Source of the DNA: Chrysomallon squamiferum
Taxonomy: Eukaryota > Animalia > Mollusca
NCBI GenBank assembly: GCA_012295275.1
Contig: CM022665.1
Location: forward strand, 11,470,001 to 11,534,000
Length of the DNA stretch: 64,000 nt
Direction: 5' to 3'
Part shown: positions 37,338 through 47,390 of the stretch, piece after piece
How the letters are laid out: the number at the start of each line of letters is the position of its first letter
Position numbering within the stretch: position 1 is the stretch's first letter
Notes under the pieces: model-generated
The model's input: only the letters and a program-made list of their open reading frames with translations
Databases searched by the model: none
Told to the model about the DNA's origin: nothing
Position numbers and translations under genes: made by a program

Positions 37338-37977
37338 TATCTTATTTATTTTTATTTTTTTTATTTTTATTTATTTACATTATTAATATATGATTTTTTT
37401 ATTTTGTATGTTTATTTAATTTATTCAGTTTTATCAATTTTTATAAAAACAAAATTTAAATAACAGTTGTTATTATTAAATTTATAGTTTCTTATTATTT
37501 ATTTATTTTTGAATGCATCTAATTTATTAATTACTATTGTTATTAATTTTTATAGGTCCTAAAGTTAGCAATGAATTCCATCGTACTTTAGTAACAATAA
37601 TGGCACTACTCTACATCTATGAAGTAATCATGCCAGAATTGTTTCCCTTGGATCCTCAAACCATCAACACCGAATGGAGCGGGGTAAAACTGATTGAAAA
37701 ACAATTTTGTCAACAATGGGAGGAAGTTTTGAAAAGAATGACAGGTCACTTGACTCCATCTGATGTCAACAAAGTAACAAATGCTGTCAAAAAAGGATTC
37801 AGTTACTGGAAAGAGTTTGATAGCAGATACCCTCTCATCTATTACATTTTAGAACTCGGGCCCAACTGGTTATCAGTAATCAGGTCTTTAATCTGTAGGT
37901 TTGGCAGTTCATTTTGGATACTCCAAAATAAACTCCTATTTAAAAACACTGGCTGGAAGACACTTGAATTGCATTAA
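9296..37977 (+). CDS. PARP4: Vault poly(ADP-ribose) polymerase PARP4/VPARP, multi-exon gene
   Basis: Phase-consistent GT-AG exons: 9296-9328 (candidate ATG exon), 12437-12574, 12891-13089, 13753-13895, 14449-14586, 15144-15305, 16063-16200, 17097-17267, 17788-17948, 18324-18461, 19099-19197, 19678-19861, 20138-20288, 20725-20858, 21805-22029, 22228-22392, 22716-22829, 23237-23374, 23731-23917, 24506-24579, 24929-25116, 25454-25553, 26337-26507, 27015-27095, 27754-27834, 28310-28411, 29014-29142 (1248 codons). Then a variable cassette region, 35296-35595, 35797-36750, 37018-37096 and 37556-37977. The BRCT-PARP-VIT-VWA-MVP-interacting domain order is diagnostic of PARP4. Confidence 0.95.
11222..12376. 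mobile_element. Unclassified ~1.15 kb interspersed insertion in PARP4 intron 1 (possible solo LTR)
   Basis: High-complexity, GC-richer, microsatellite-free block beginning TGT and ending ACA. No TSD or coding remnant seen. Confidence 0.3.
12437..13089 (+). CDS. PARP4: PARP4 BRCT domain exons (12437-12574, 12891-13089)
   Basis: GVFSGCQIVL...KKIIENGGIVSFIVTKK|STHVV...IPVISPEFIWDAITTGRLPNPDDY carries the BRCT hallmarks (GG turn, THxV, conserved W). Confidence 0.9.
13753..17948 (+). CDS. PARP4: PARP4 WGR-like and helical regulatory domain exons
   Basis: Six in-phase exons (13753-13895, 14449-14586, 15144-15305, 16063-16200, 17097-17267, 17788-17948), including EIAKYA, VLELH, QIEKAEAILLQI, KQDLCQLIKDMVSV and AKYRALRCRI. 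Confidence 0.88.
13965..14425. repeat. Degenerate intronic minisatellite
   Basis: Recurrent cattttattgtttgtaa.atttaaaacaag.atatt and ttcacatttacaa motifs. Confidence 0.6.
17285..17665. repeat. ~100 bp tandem repeat, about 4 copies
   Basis: Recurrent gatcattttaaataatttagtg.actaatatt..tttttgaaag. Confidence 0.7.
18324..20288 (+). CDS. PARP4: PARP4 catalytic ADP-ribosyltransferase domain exons
   Basis: Exons 18324-18461 (LLFHAS), 19099-19197 (RTDVGMLGNGLYFA), 19678-19861 (TSAKYS...VALG...GYDSVHGV) and 20138-20288 (DDEYVIY...YLVEF). H-Y-E triad present. Confidence 0.95.
20725..23374 (+). CDS. PARP4: PARP4 VIT domain and following exons
   Basis: Exons 20725-20858, 21805-22029 (EAKFIFPLDDMAAVCGFEAFINGKHIIGEVKEKE), 22228-22392 (VSVGNLPPKA), 22716-22829 and 23237-23374 (HVPRMWVE). 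Confidence 0.93.
23731..29142 (+). CDS. PARP4: PARP4 VWA domain and post-VWA exons
   Basis: MIDAS DLSNS (23731-23917), NLGNTD and LISDGH (24929-25116), LARVGGG (25454-25553), HRLTARAIIRDWEDG (27754-27834) and TQFTSFVAVE (28310-28411). Confidence 0.93.
25590..25810. repeat. ~35 bp AT-rich minisatellite
   Basis: Recurrent tttaaaaagtataacaatatttaatttaacaatatt. Confidence 0.65.
26050..26347 (+). repeat. ~50 bp minisatellite built from the PARP4 intron/exon junction
   Basis: About 6 copies of ataactaaat..ccagactcttattattcAG|GTgaaaaacc. The last copy is the true acceptor at 26336. Confidence 0.8.
27960..28240. repeat. ~35-37 bp minisatellite
   Basis: Recurrent tagctggatgtagaccacactggtcacttacttact. 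Confidence 0.8.
29568..29625 (+). CDS. PARP4: Candidate PARP4 linker exon (FLHKLKQHIVISDPESEEE), phase 0 to 1
   Basis: Acceptor ttttgtatccag, 58 nt, donor GTGTGT. Its 3' half is homologous to the DSESEEE acidic exons. Confidence 0.5.
30019..30060 (+). pseudogene. Decayed copy of the acidic cassette exon (pseudo-exon); a second truncated copy starts at 34296
   Basis: Same acceptor (ttaagtaatattctgctgttattttgatag) followed by AG GAA AAA AAC TGA. It has an extra A, a further TAG and no donor. Confidence 0.55.
30204..30228 (+). CDS. PARP4: Candidate PARP4 micro-exon (KSHIMPLL), phase 0 to 1
   Basis: Strong poly-T-cag acceptor, 25 nt, donor AG|GTGAGC. Confidence 0.55.
30682..30926 (+). CDS. Ubiquitin-like domain exon, copy 1 (ends LRLRGG-stop), within PARP4
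   Basis: Acceptor ctttaacttcctacag ending 30681, phase 1. The 76-aa domain aligns to ubiquitin without gaps (36/76 identical by hand). No in-frame ATG (in-frame TAA at 30669-30671). TGA at 30924-30926 and a possible donor GAG|GTTGAC after 30921. Confidence 0.85.
31249..31311 (+). CDS. PARP4: Acidic cassette exon (EKIEDDEMLTEQSDSESEEE), phase 1-1
   Basis: Acceptor ttattttgatag, 63 nt, donor GTGAGT. Confidence 0.65.
31546..31605 (+). CDS. PARP4: Acidic cassette exon (QETKALAIFDDEDYEKNAI), phase 1-1
   Basis: Acceptor ttattttgatag, 60 nt, donor AG|GTGAAT. Confidence 0.65.
   Translation: MKKLKHWQSLMMKIMKKMP
31897..32630 (-). mobile_element. Internally deleted Tigger/pogo (Tc1-mariner superfamily) DNA transposon, 734 bp
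   Basis: TIRs CAGTGGATGCCTTGACTTATGAGT and (reverse complement) CAGTGGTACCTTGACTTTCGAGT. TA duplication at 31895-31896 and 32631-32632, confirmed by paralogous empty sites tcaaaTAtaaag at 29961 and 34241. Frameshifted transposase N-terminus on - strand from 32373: MDPKKVSVKDSAEKKKRMMSIELKHEII.../VVDLAKQYE..ILKQKELIKAVTPTKGVKII (CENP-B-type HTH). Confidence 0.92.
32683..32742 (+). CDS. PARP4: Acidic cassette exon (EQYDECAVYGASEFSESDK), phase 1-1
   Basis: Acceptor ttattttgatag, 60 nt, donor AG|GTGAAT. Confidence 0.65.
33166..33410 (+). CDS. Ubiquitin-like domain exon, copy 2 (ends LRLRGG-stop), within PARP4
   Basis: Same acceptor and structure as copy 1, offset by 2484 bp. I see one nucleotide difference (T30783 vs A33267, L30I), giving 37/76 identity to ubiquitin. 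Confidence 0.85.
33733..33843 (+). CDS. PARP4: Acidic cassette exon with three 24-nt DSESEEES units, phase 1-1
   Basis: Paralog of 31249-31311. 111 nt, donor GTGAGT. Confidence 0.65.
34714..34746 (+). CDS. PARP4: Acidic micro-exon (ETLYENAEED), phase 1-1
   Basis: Acceptor tttcttgttccag, 33 nt, donor G|GTAAGA. Confidence 0.7.
35296..35595 (+). CDS. PARP4: PARP4 disordered linker exon, phase 1-1
   Basis: Acceptor ttttgtttcag, 300 nt open, donor AAG|GTAGGT. Overlaps ORF 35331-35702. Confidence 0.75.
35797..36750 (+). CDS. PARP4: PARP4 large Pro/Ser/Gln-rich linker exon, frame-disrupted as assembled
   Basis: Acceptor ttttgtttcag and three internal Pro-rich repeats. The frame stops at 36566, but the exon end DLINEQTT|GTAAGT (36750) lies in another frame and joins DGYWEL of the next exon. 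Confidence 0.7.
37018..37977 (+). CDS. PARP4: PARP4 C-terminal MVP-interacting domain exons (37018-37096, 37556-37977)
   Basis: QTT|DGYWEL, TGLSTLSPKV, LVTIMAL and YPLIYYILELGPNW resemble the PARP4 C-terminus (QxxDGxW; YPxxxxxLELGxxW). Ends TAA at 37975-37977. Confidence 0.88.
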
Positions 37978-39944
37978 CTCGGTTAGATTTTTATACTGTT
38001 TTTCATAAAATGCATTGGCTATTGACTATGAAACCTTGAAGAACAAGTACATTTTTTTTTTCATTTATTAATAAAGATATTTCTATGATAAGCATTTTGA
38101 TATGAATACTTGTGATTATATATTCCACTAAGATTCCAATGAAATATGTGTTTGGTAAAATGAATTCCTACTTGTGCTAAAACTTTGATTTGTATATGTT
38201 AATTTAATGGTTCGTAGGCATCCACAGGATGTGGAAGTGGTAAGGGAATATTCTTCTCCTAAGGATCTGGATGTGTAATGTCTAGGACATTTATTGCTTG
38301 CATTAGATATATAAATAAATGTTATTTTTGTAACCTGACAAATAACATATAATATAATATGTAATTCGTGTAACCAAATAAATGTTATGTAATAACCAGA
38401 TAATTATTATTTTATTATTTTTTTTTTACACTTTTAGTTTGTTGCTTATATTTGCATTACTTCTATAGTTAAGCAATTCTTTGATATTAGATATAATAAA
38501 AAGAATTAAAAAAGAAATGTAAATATAGATACCTTTTTCATACACATAATATTAAGTCATTTAAATATATATATATATAATCTGTAACCAGAGAGATATT
38601 GTATGCATATAACTTGATAATTATTTTATCAAGAAATTATGAGAGTATATCACTTTTGGTAATTTTAAAAAGATTGGTTGTTATGTTAACCAAATAAATA
38701 TAATATTATAGTTTTTTATATAATCAGATAAATTTGTTACAGTGAAGTATTTTATATTATCATATTTGTTCTTTACCAGTGGTTTGTATCAATCAATGTC
38801 TGTTTTAAATATTATTTTTGTTTTGTTTTTTGCATGTATTTTCATGTACATTATAGTTTTAATTAGCTCTTCTTTGGCTCAAGAAGAGAAACACAGATTT
38901 TGCTTTTGTTATAACACACACACACACACAACACACACACATCAAAACCTGACTTTTTATACATTCCTTTATGATTTAGACAGTTATATTAACTGTTATC
39001 ATTAACTCCTGTGATCCTTTCCAACTATCTTAATTGCAAAGAGATTTGCAGGTTATGAATTTTTCAGATAACCCTATGTTTTTATACTTGCCTTTAATAT
39101 ATTAATAAGGTTGTGATTTTATTTTGTATGTATGTATTTCTAGTAGTGTGATAACATTTTTTAAGAAATTGATAGATATATATTTAATTAATTGATTATT
39201 TTTATTTGCTTTTATATAAATAATTAAAAATAGATTAAAACTATCATAATACTTAAATATTTTACAGCTTGTTAAAAAAAAAAAAAAAAAATCTGAAGCA
39301 ATTAATGTTTAGAAGTTTGCATTCTGAACAGATTTGACTTTTTTAACGAGGAATATAAAATATTAATTTAAACATGTAAAAATTTATTTTTGTAATCATG
39401 ATACAGTGGTGAACCTATAACAACAACTTAGTACATTTTATAGACATCCATATTACATAATATTGATATTGTGTGTATATAATTGTGACCCATCTTTACT
39501 AAATGCAGAGTAAGCAGCAAAATACCACATTTATGTAAATGCACAGACTGACATTTTAAAAAATATCTTGACCTAGTACACAATTTTTTTTAAAGAGAAA
39601 TTTAAAAACAAAATCATAGACTGTGCAAATGATGGGTTGAGTAGCCATTTCCTCAGTGGTATTTGTCCATTTCTCTGCAAAGTAAGGTCACCAAAATAAT
39701 AATGATAGTAATAAAATATTAGCATTTGTTTAAAAACCCTTTGACCAGAAGTATAGAAAAAAAGAAAAGCATTTCAAAATGTATTTGCTTATTAACATTG
39801 CCAACAATACACTAAAGGTTATAATTTGTATATCTTTGTATTACTTTTATTATTATCGTTGTTGTAGTTGTTTTCTTGTAACAGTTGTTCTTTAAGTTTG
39901 TAATTTTATATTTCATACTTAATGTATATTTAAACTTTTTCAGA

Positions 39945-39980
39945 AATAAATGATTGCTTCAGTTTTTTCTTTTTGTGGTT
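39945..39980 (+). terminator. Candidate distal polyadenylation signal of PARP4
   Basis: AATAAA at 39945-39950 followed by a T/GT-rich tract. A proximal AATAAA also lies at 38070-38075. Confidence 0.35.
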
Positions 39981-40889
39981 TATTTTTAGCACAATTTACA
40001 ACAGCATCATACCTAATTATAATGACCATGCAGATAATCAACAAGATAAAACACTGGGATCATTATTATGAATTAAAATGATGGTCTGTAATTATTCACA
40101 GACAAACAGACAACAGGACATTATTATCTATTTTCTGAGGATTGGGTTGTATGTATAATTTAAACATGCATTGTCCAGCCCTGCCAATGTCCGGTGGCAA
40201 GTATAACTAAAATCCCAATTATATGGATAAAAAATATTCTATCAAATTTCCGTTAGGTACTGCTAGTCTCATGGGCAATGCAAAAGTTCACTTGTTCAGT
40301 AAGAAATCTAATAGAACAGCTATTTAAAATGCTTTCAAATTCGGGTAAGTCATAGGAGAAAGTAGATGTATGTTAAGACTTGGGTAAATGATTTAGAATA
40401 ATATCTGAAGAAACAGGAAATGATGTTACTTTGTTGAACATAGAAAGATGGGCAAATAGATATATTGAGACAAATAGACATATTCAAAGAATAGATACAG
40501 AAAACAGACTGTAACAATGCTATACATTTTATTCAGAAGTAATGTATTATAGTTTATAGAATTAATCCTAAGTGCTACGTTATGGCCATTTCCCAATCTT
40601 GCAAGTGCTCCATATCTGGTTTATTAAAAGCAGTTAACTTTTAATGCATTCTTTTGCTGGCTGCTACTGTTATTGTATTATAATCATCATCATTGTCTTC
40701 ATCAGCAAGATCATCACTATTATTATTATTACAATTATTATTGCTATTGTTGTTATGACTATAGCCCTTCAACTACTGTTGTTATTAATAAAACTACAAT
40801 TATTATTATTAAAACCATGAATAATCTTTGTACAGCTAACAGAATAGGGCCAATAATGATCATAGTAGTTGTAATAAAAATAGATGTTA

Positions 40890-41214
40890 CAGGTACCGGA
40901 CCAATTATCTGGCATCCTGAAATCCTGAAAGACCAGAAAACCGGAAGTTTTTTCCCGACGTTATTTTCATAGTTCGCGCTCGCGGGTGTTGTCCTCATCA
41001 AACCGGAACTACTCTTTCAAGCCGCGTGGCGTTCATTCACTCGCCGCATTGTTTACGTGTCAAGTCGCCACACTTGTGTATCGTCAATTTTCTTTATGTT
41101 TTTAATTTTAAAATGTTTATGCCTAATTATTTACGTATTTAGGTGCCTTGGTACCAGAAAAACAGAAAATCCAGAAATCTGGAATGCTTCAGGCGCCAAT
41201 TGGTCTGGTACCTG
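40890..41214. mobile_element. Tc1-mariner/pogo-type MITE, 325 bp
   Basis: 17-bp TIRs CAGGTACCGGACCAATT / CAGGTACCAGACCAATT (1 mismatch), with TA on both flanks (40888-40889, 41215-41216). Confidence 0.88.
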
Positions 41215-42920
41215 TATATTATTATCATTATAACAACAATAGTAAAATATTATAAAATGAGAATGAACAGGAACCAAGAACAATATGAAATATGACACTG
41301 ATGAGAAAATTCATTGGTTTTAAGATATTTCTAAATAATTAACTATACTGATACTGCTGTACTCAGGGCAAAATAATATAAAGTCATAAATAAATTGTAA
41401 TTTAGTGGAATGAGTCTTGATGGGTTGTGGGGTCAAAACCCTAAAGTGTATTCATTGGAGTTTTTTCCAAATATAGCCAATATCACACAACAAGTTTATC
41501 AAATAGTTTTTTGTTGTTTGCATATCGGGGTTTTGAAGTTTTGGCTTTTATAAATACAGATGATTGCTTAGAATTTCATTACTGTAGCTGAAAATATTAA
41601 ATTGTATATATATATATAACTGCAATGAATGCAAAATTCTATACAATCTCTTTCTGTAGTGTTTTCCTCCCTCTCACTACACACCACAGTACAATGATTT
41701 GATTGACACATGGGGCGAGCAGTTTACCCTAAACTGGTTGATCCTGACAGTAATCGGGATGCACTGTTTTACAAGAGCACTTCACTGTTACAAGTGTCAA
41801 TACTTTATTCTTTATCACTGTCTCATCTTGTGACAGTATTACTGCAGCTTTCACTTCCATTGACATTTGCTAGCCAAAAGGCAACATGATATGCACACAG
41901 TTTTATGCTAATGTTTGTATAAATAAGGGTGATCAGTGACTGGTACAACAGTTTCAACTTCTGTTGTAAGAAACTGAGAGAGATTCGTGGCTCTTTTGTG
42001 AATCATGTATCTAAATATTTTAACACACGTTTACTGTATGTTACAGCATCCACGTAAAGAGTTTATGACTTTATATATTCTTAGATGGTGCTTGGAATAA
42101 TAATGATGATGATGATGATGATATTAATAGTAACATGTAATAATAATAATCATGATGATAACAAATAACAAGAATAAAAATAATAAAGATTTACTCAGAA
42201 CGTTTTTATATTACAGATTATTAGCCATCACAAAATATTCTTTCATTTTTGATTAAAAACAACAACAACAAAAAAACAGCTGTTTAAAGGCCAGTTTAAT
42301 AAAGACATAAATAAATACTCTTTTAACTAATTAATCAGAAATAACATCTGCAAACCAACAAAGTTTCTGTTAGCCATCTTTGGTGTATGACTCTTTTGAC
42401 ACAATACGTCTGTTCCATATAACCTCCACCATTTTGACTTCATGAAAAATTCAACAGACCCATTACTCCTTTTGAGTTGTTGCCAGCAACCATTATGGAT
42501 GTTGTCACTAGGGAATGGTAAACCATTTTTATTTCTGAAATACTGTGTGCTTTTCTTTTCATTCATTATGTATGAATATATCTTGACTTTGAAGTTGATT
42601 TGTTTTCCTTGGCCATTGCGTCTGCTGATTTCACCTGCTGTAACAAATGACTCTTGCCATCTCAGTTGGTTTGCAGCTAGAAACTTTGACCTAAGGTGTG
42701 AAGGGTTCTACGATCAGTTCTCGTTACTGACACATTATAGGTTTATTTAAAATCCCAGCCATTTGCCCTCTATGTTGTTTTCTTAATGGAAAGGAAAATA
42801 TATGTTATGATCTTTTGGTAAATTAGTTTCTATGACTATGGCTGAAATGAAAAATAAGAAACGTCATTAACATAATAAGCTTTATCATTCTTTTTATTTT
42901 ACTTCTCTTTCATCCTTTTC

Positions 42921-45900
42921 ACATCATTTTTCTTCATCATCTTTTTTCTTCGTCTTCTTCTTCTTTAGTAATCTTCACCATCTTCTTTTTCATTAGTAAT
43001 CTTCTTCACTATCTTCTTTTTTCTTTTTCTTCTTTAGTAATCTTCTTCATCTTCGTTTTTCTTCTTCTTCTTCTTTAGTAATGTTCATCATCATCTTCTT
43101 TTTCTTGTTCTTTAGTAATTTTCTTTATCATCTTTTATCTCCTTCTTCTTTAGTAATCTTCATCATCTTCTTTTTCCTTCTTCTTCTTTAGTAATCTTTG
43201 CCATCTTCTTTTTTCTTCTTCTTTAGTAATCATCTTCATTTGTAATTTTCTTTGTCATCTTTGTTCTTTTTCTTTAGTAAATTTCTTTATCATCTTTTTT
43301 CTTCTTTTTCTTTAGTAATCTTCATCATCTTTTTTCTTCTTCTTCTTTAGTAATCATCTTCATTATCTTCCTTTCTTTTTCTTCTTTAGTAATCATCTTC
43401 ATTATTTTCTATTTTCTTCTTCTTTAGTAATCTTCATCATCATCTTTTTCTTCTTCTTTAGTAATCTTCTTCATCATCTTCCTTTTTTGTCTTATTCTTC
43501 TTTAGTAATCATCTTTATTATCTTTTTTCTTCTTTTTCTGTTGAGTAACCATCTTCTTTTTTCTTCTTTACTAGTCTTCATCATCTTCTTTTTTCTTCTT
43601 TTTCTTTAATAATTTTCTTTTTCCTTCTTCTTCTTTAGTAATCTTCATTATATTCTTTTTTCTTATTCTTTAGTAATCTTCTTTTTTCTTCATTATCCTC
43701 TTTTTTATTCTTATTTTTCTTTGGAAATCTTCATCATCATTTTATTTTTCTTCTTCGTCATCATTTCTTTCTTCTTCTTTAGTAATCTTCATCATTTTCC
43801 TTTTTCTTCTTCTTCTTTATTAATCTTCTTTATCTTCTTTTTTCTTCTTCTTTAGTAATCATCTTCATTAGTAATTTTCTTTGTGATCTTTGTTCTTTTT
43901 TTCTTTAGTAAATTTCTTTATCATCTTTTTTTCTTTTTTTTCTTTAGTAATCTTCATCATCTTTTTTTCTTCTTCTTCTTCTTTAGTAATCATCTTCATT
44001 ACCTTCTTCTTTTTCTTTTTCTTCTTTAGTAATCATCTTCATTTTCTATTTTCTTCTTCTTTAGTAATCTTCATCATCTTCTTTTTTCTTTCCCTTTAAT
44101 AATCTTCATCATTTTCCTTTTTCTTCTTCTTCTTTAGTAATCTTCATCATTGTCTTTTTTCTTCTATAGTAATCTTCTTCATCATCTTCCTTTTTCTTCT
44201 TCTTTTTTTCTTTAGCAATCTTTATCATCTGCTTCTTTTTTTTCTTTTTCTTCCTCTGTAATAATCTTCATCATCATCTTCTTTTTTTTCTTCTTCTTCT
44301 TTAGTAATCTTCTTCATTATCTTCTTTTTCTTCTTTTTCTTTAGTAATCTTCTTCATCATCTTTTTTTCTTCCTCTATAGTAATTGTCTTCATCATCTTC
44401 TTTTTTTCTTCTTCTTCTTTAGTAATCATCATCATCATCTACCTATTTCTTCTTCCTTTTCTTTGGCAATCTTCACCATCTTTTTCTTTTTTTCTTCCTC
44501 TTTAGTAATCTTTATCATCTGCTTCTTTTTCTTTTTTTCTTCCTCTGTAATAATCTTCATCATCATCTTCTTTTTCTTCTTCTTCTTTAGTAATCTTCTT
44601 CATCATCTTCTTTTTCTTCTTTTTCTTTAGTAATCTTCTTCATCATCTTTTTTTCTTCTTCTTCTTTTAATCATCTTCATCATCTTCTTTTTTCTTCTTC
44701 TTCTTCTTCTTTAGTAATCTTCTTCATCATCTTTTTTTTCTTATTCTTTAAATAATCTTCTTTCATCATCATTTTTTTTTCTTTTTTTTTTAGCAATCTT
44801 TATCATCATCTTCTTTTTTTTTTCTTCTTCTTTGTAATAATCATCATCATCATCACCTATTTCTTCTTCTTCTTTTTTTTGGCAATCTTCATCATCTTCT
44901 TCTTTTTTCTTCTTCTTTAGTCTTCTTTTCTTCTTCTTTTTCTTTAGTAATCGTCTTCATCATCATCTTTTTTTCTTCTTCTTTAGTAATCTTCATCATC
45001 ATCTTTTTTTTTCTTCTTCTTCTTCTTTAGTAATCTTCATCATCATCATTTTTTCTTCCTCTTTATTAATCTTCATCATCTTCTTCTTTAGTAATCGTCT
45101 TCATCATCATCTTTTTTCTTCTTCTTTAGTAATCTTCATCATCTTCCTTCTTTGTTCTTCTATTTCTTTAGTAATCTTCATCATCATCTTTTTTTTCTTC
45201 TTCCTCTTTAGTAATCTTCATCATCTTCTTTTTCTTCTTTTTCTTTAGTAATCTTCTTCATCATCTTTTTCTTCTTCTTCTTTAGTAATCTTCTTCATCA
45301 TCTTCTTCTTTTTTCTTCTTTTTCTTTAGTAATCTTCTTCATCATCATCTTTTTTTCTTCTTCTTCTTTAGTAATCTTCTTCATCATCTTTTTCTTTTTT
45401 TTTTCTTCTTTTCTTTTCTTAATCTTCTTCATCATCATCTTTTTCTTCTTCTTCTTTAGTAATCTTCTTCATCATCTTCCTTTTTTTCTTCTTTTTCTTT
45501 AGTAATCTTTATCATCTTCTTCTTTTTCTTTTCTTCCTCTTTAATAATCTTCATCATCATCTTCTTTTTTCTTCTTCTTTTTATTAATCTTCTTCATCAT
45601 CTTCTTTTTCTTCTTCTTCTTTAGTAATCTTCAGCATTGATCTCTTTTTCTTCTTCTTCTTTAGTAATCTTCTTCATCATCTTCTTTTTCTTCTTTTTTC
45701 TTTAGTAATCTTCTTCATCATCTTCTTTTTTTTCTTTTCTTCTTCTTTAATAATCTTCTTCATCATCTTCTTTTTTTTCTTCTTTTCTTTAGTAATCTTC
45801 TTCATCATCTTCTTTTTTTTCTTCTTCTTCTTTAGTAATCTTCTTCATCATCTTCTTTTTTTTAGTTTTCTTCCTTTTCTTCAGTAATCTTCTTCATCAT

Positions 45901-46846
45901 CTTTTTTTCTTCTTCTTCTTTAGTAATCTTCTTCGTGATCTCTTTTTTCTTCTTCTTCTTTAGTAATCTTCTTCATCATCTTCTTTTTTTCTTCTTTTTC
46001 TTTAGTAATCTTCTTCATCATCTCTTTTTTCTTCTTCTTCTTTAGTAATCTTCTTCATCATCTTCTTTTTCTTTAGTAATCTTCCTTTTCTTCAGTAATC
46101 TTCTTCATCATCTTTTTTTTCTTTTTTTCTTTAGTAATCTTCTTCATCATCTCTTTTTTCTTCTTTTTCTTTAGTAATCTTCTTCATCATCTTCTGTTTT
46201 CTTCTTTTTCTTTTGTAATCTTCTTCATCATCTCTTTTTCTTCTTCTTCTTTAGTAATCTTCTTCATCATCTTCTTTTTTCTTCTTTTTCTTTAGTAATC
46301 TTCTTCATCATCTCTTTTTTCTTCTTTTTCTTTAGTAATCTTCTTCATCATCTTCTTTTTCTTCTTTTTCTTTAGTAATCTTCTTCTTCATCTTCTTTTT
46401 TTTCTTCTTTTTCTTTAGTAATCCTCTTCATCATCTCTTTTTTCTTCTTCTTCTTTAGTAATCTTCTTCATCATCTTCTTTTTCTTTAGTAATCTTGATC
46501 ATCTCTTTTTTCTTCTTCTTCTTTAGTTATCTTCTTCATCATCTTCTTCTTCTTCATTAGTAATCTTCGTAATTGTCTTTTCTTCTTCATTAGTAATCTT
46601 CGTAATTGTCTTTTCTTCTTCTTTAGTAATCTTCATCATCATCTTCTTTTTCATTTTCTTCTTTAGTAATCTTCTTCATCATCTTCTTTTTTCTTCTTCC
46701 TCTTTAGAAATCTTCATCATCTTCTTTTTTCTACTTCTTTAGTAATTTTCTTTATCATCTTTATTCTTCTTCTTCTTTAGTAATCTTCATCATCATCTTT
46801 TTTCTTCTTCTTTTTCTTTAGTAATTTTCTTCATCATCTTCTTTCT
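42921..46846. repeat. ~3.9 kb pyrimidine-rich compound satellite
   Basis: Roughly 100 units of ~30-45 bp, consensus (ttc)n-tttagtaatc-ttcttcatcatc-(t)n. Confidence 0.95.
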
Positions 46847-47325
46847 AAAGTAAATCAGATCAAACACAGAAACCAAATATTTTACCAGATCTTCATTCTG
46901 ACATTGATACATCTCTTTTTTTTTTTTTTTTATTCTTTTTACTTTTTCTAATAAGAAAAAGTAGTGACATGGTGATTGTCTATAAAGACTCAGTAATTGC
47001 TGTGTGATGGTATATCTCACAAGAATTATTTCTGATAGATATTCAGACCCATTATTTTTATTTCATTAGGACCCAAGCAGAATTTAACTGATTCCTGTCC
47101 CTGATGGCTGGATTGGAATAATGGGAAAGTGGTGATGTTAGATTGCAGTTTTATGAGATCTGTTGTATTCTTAGTGTGTGGTTCACACTTCAAATTTGTC
47201 AAATGGCTAACAACAACTGATGTAAAATAACAAAATATTTGTTGACATGAAAACCGTATGAAATATTTTTACAAAAAAAAGAAAAAAAAAAGAAGATATA
47301 TCAGCAGATACAGTATATAGATTTA

Positions 47326-47390
<65 letters not shown>

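Noticed and set aside
42921-46846. Lys/Glu-rich repetitive protein (KKMMKKITKEEEEK) on the minus strand
   Set aside because: Unit lengths are not multiples of three and stops are frequent; there is no long ORF.
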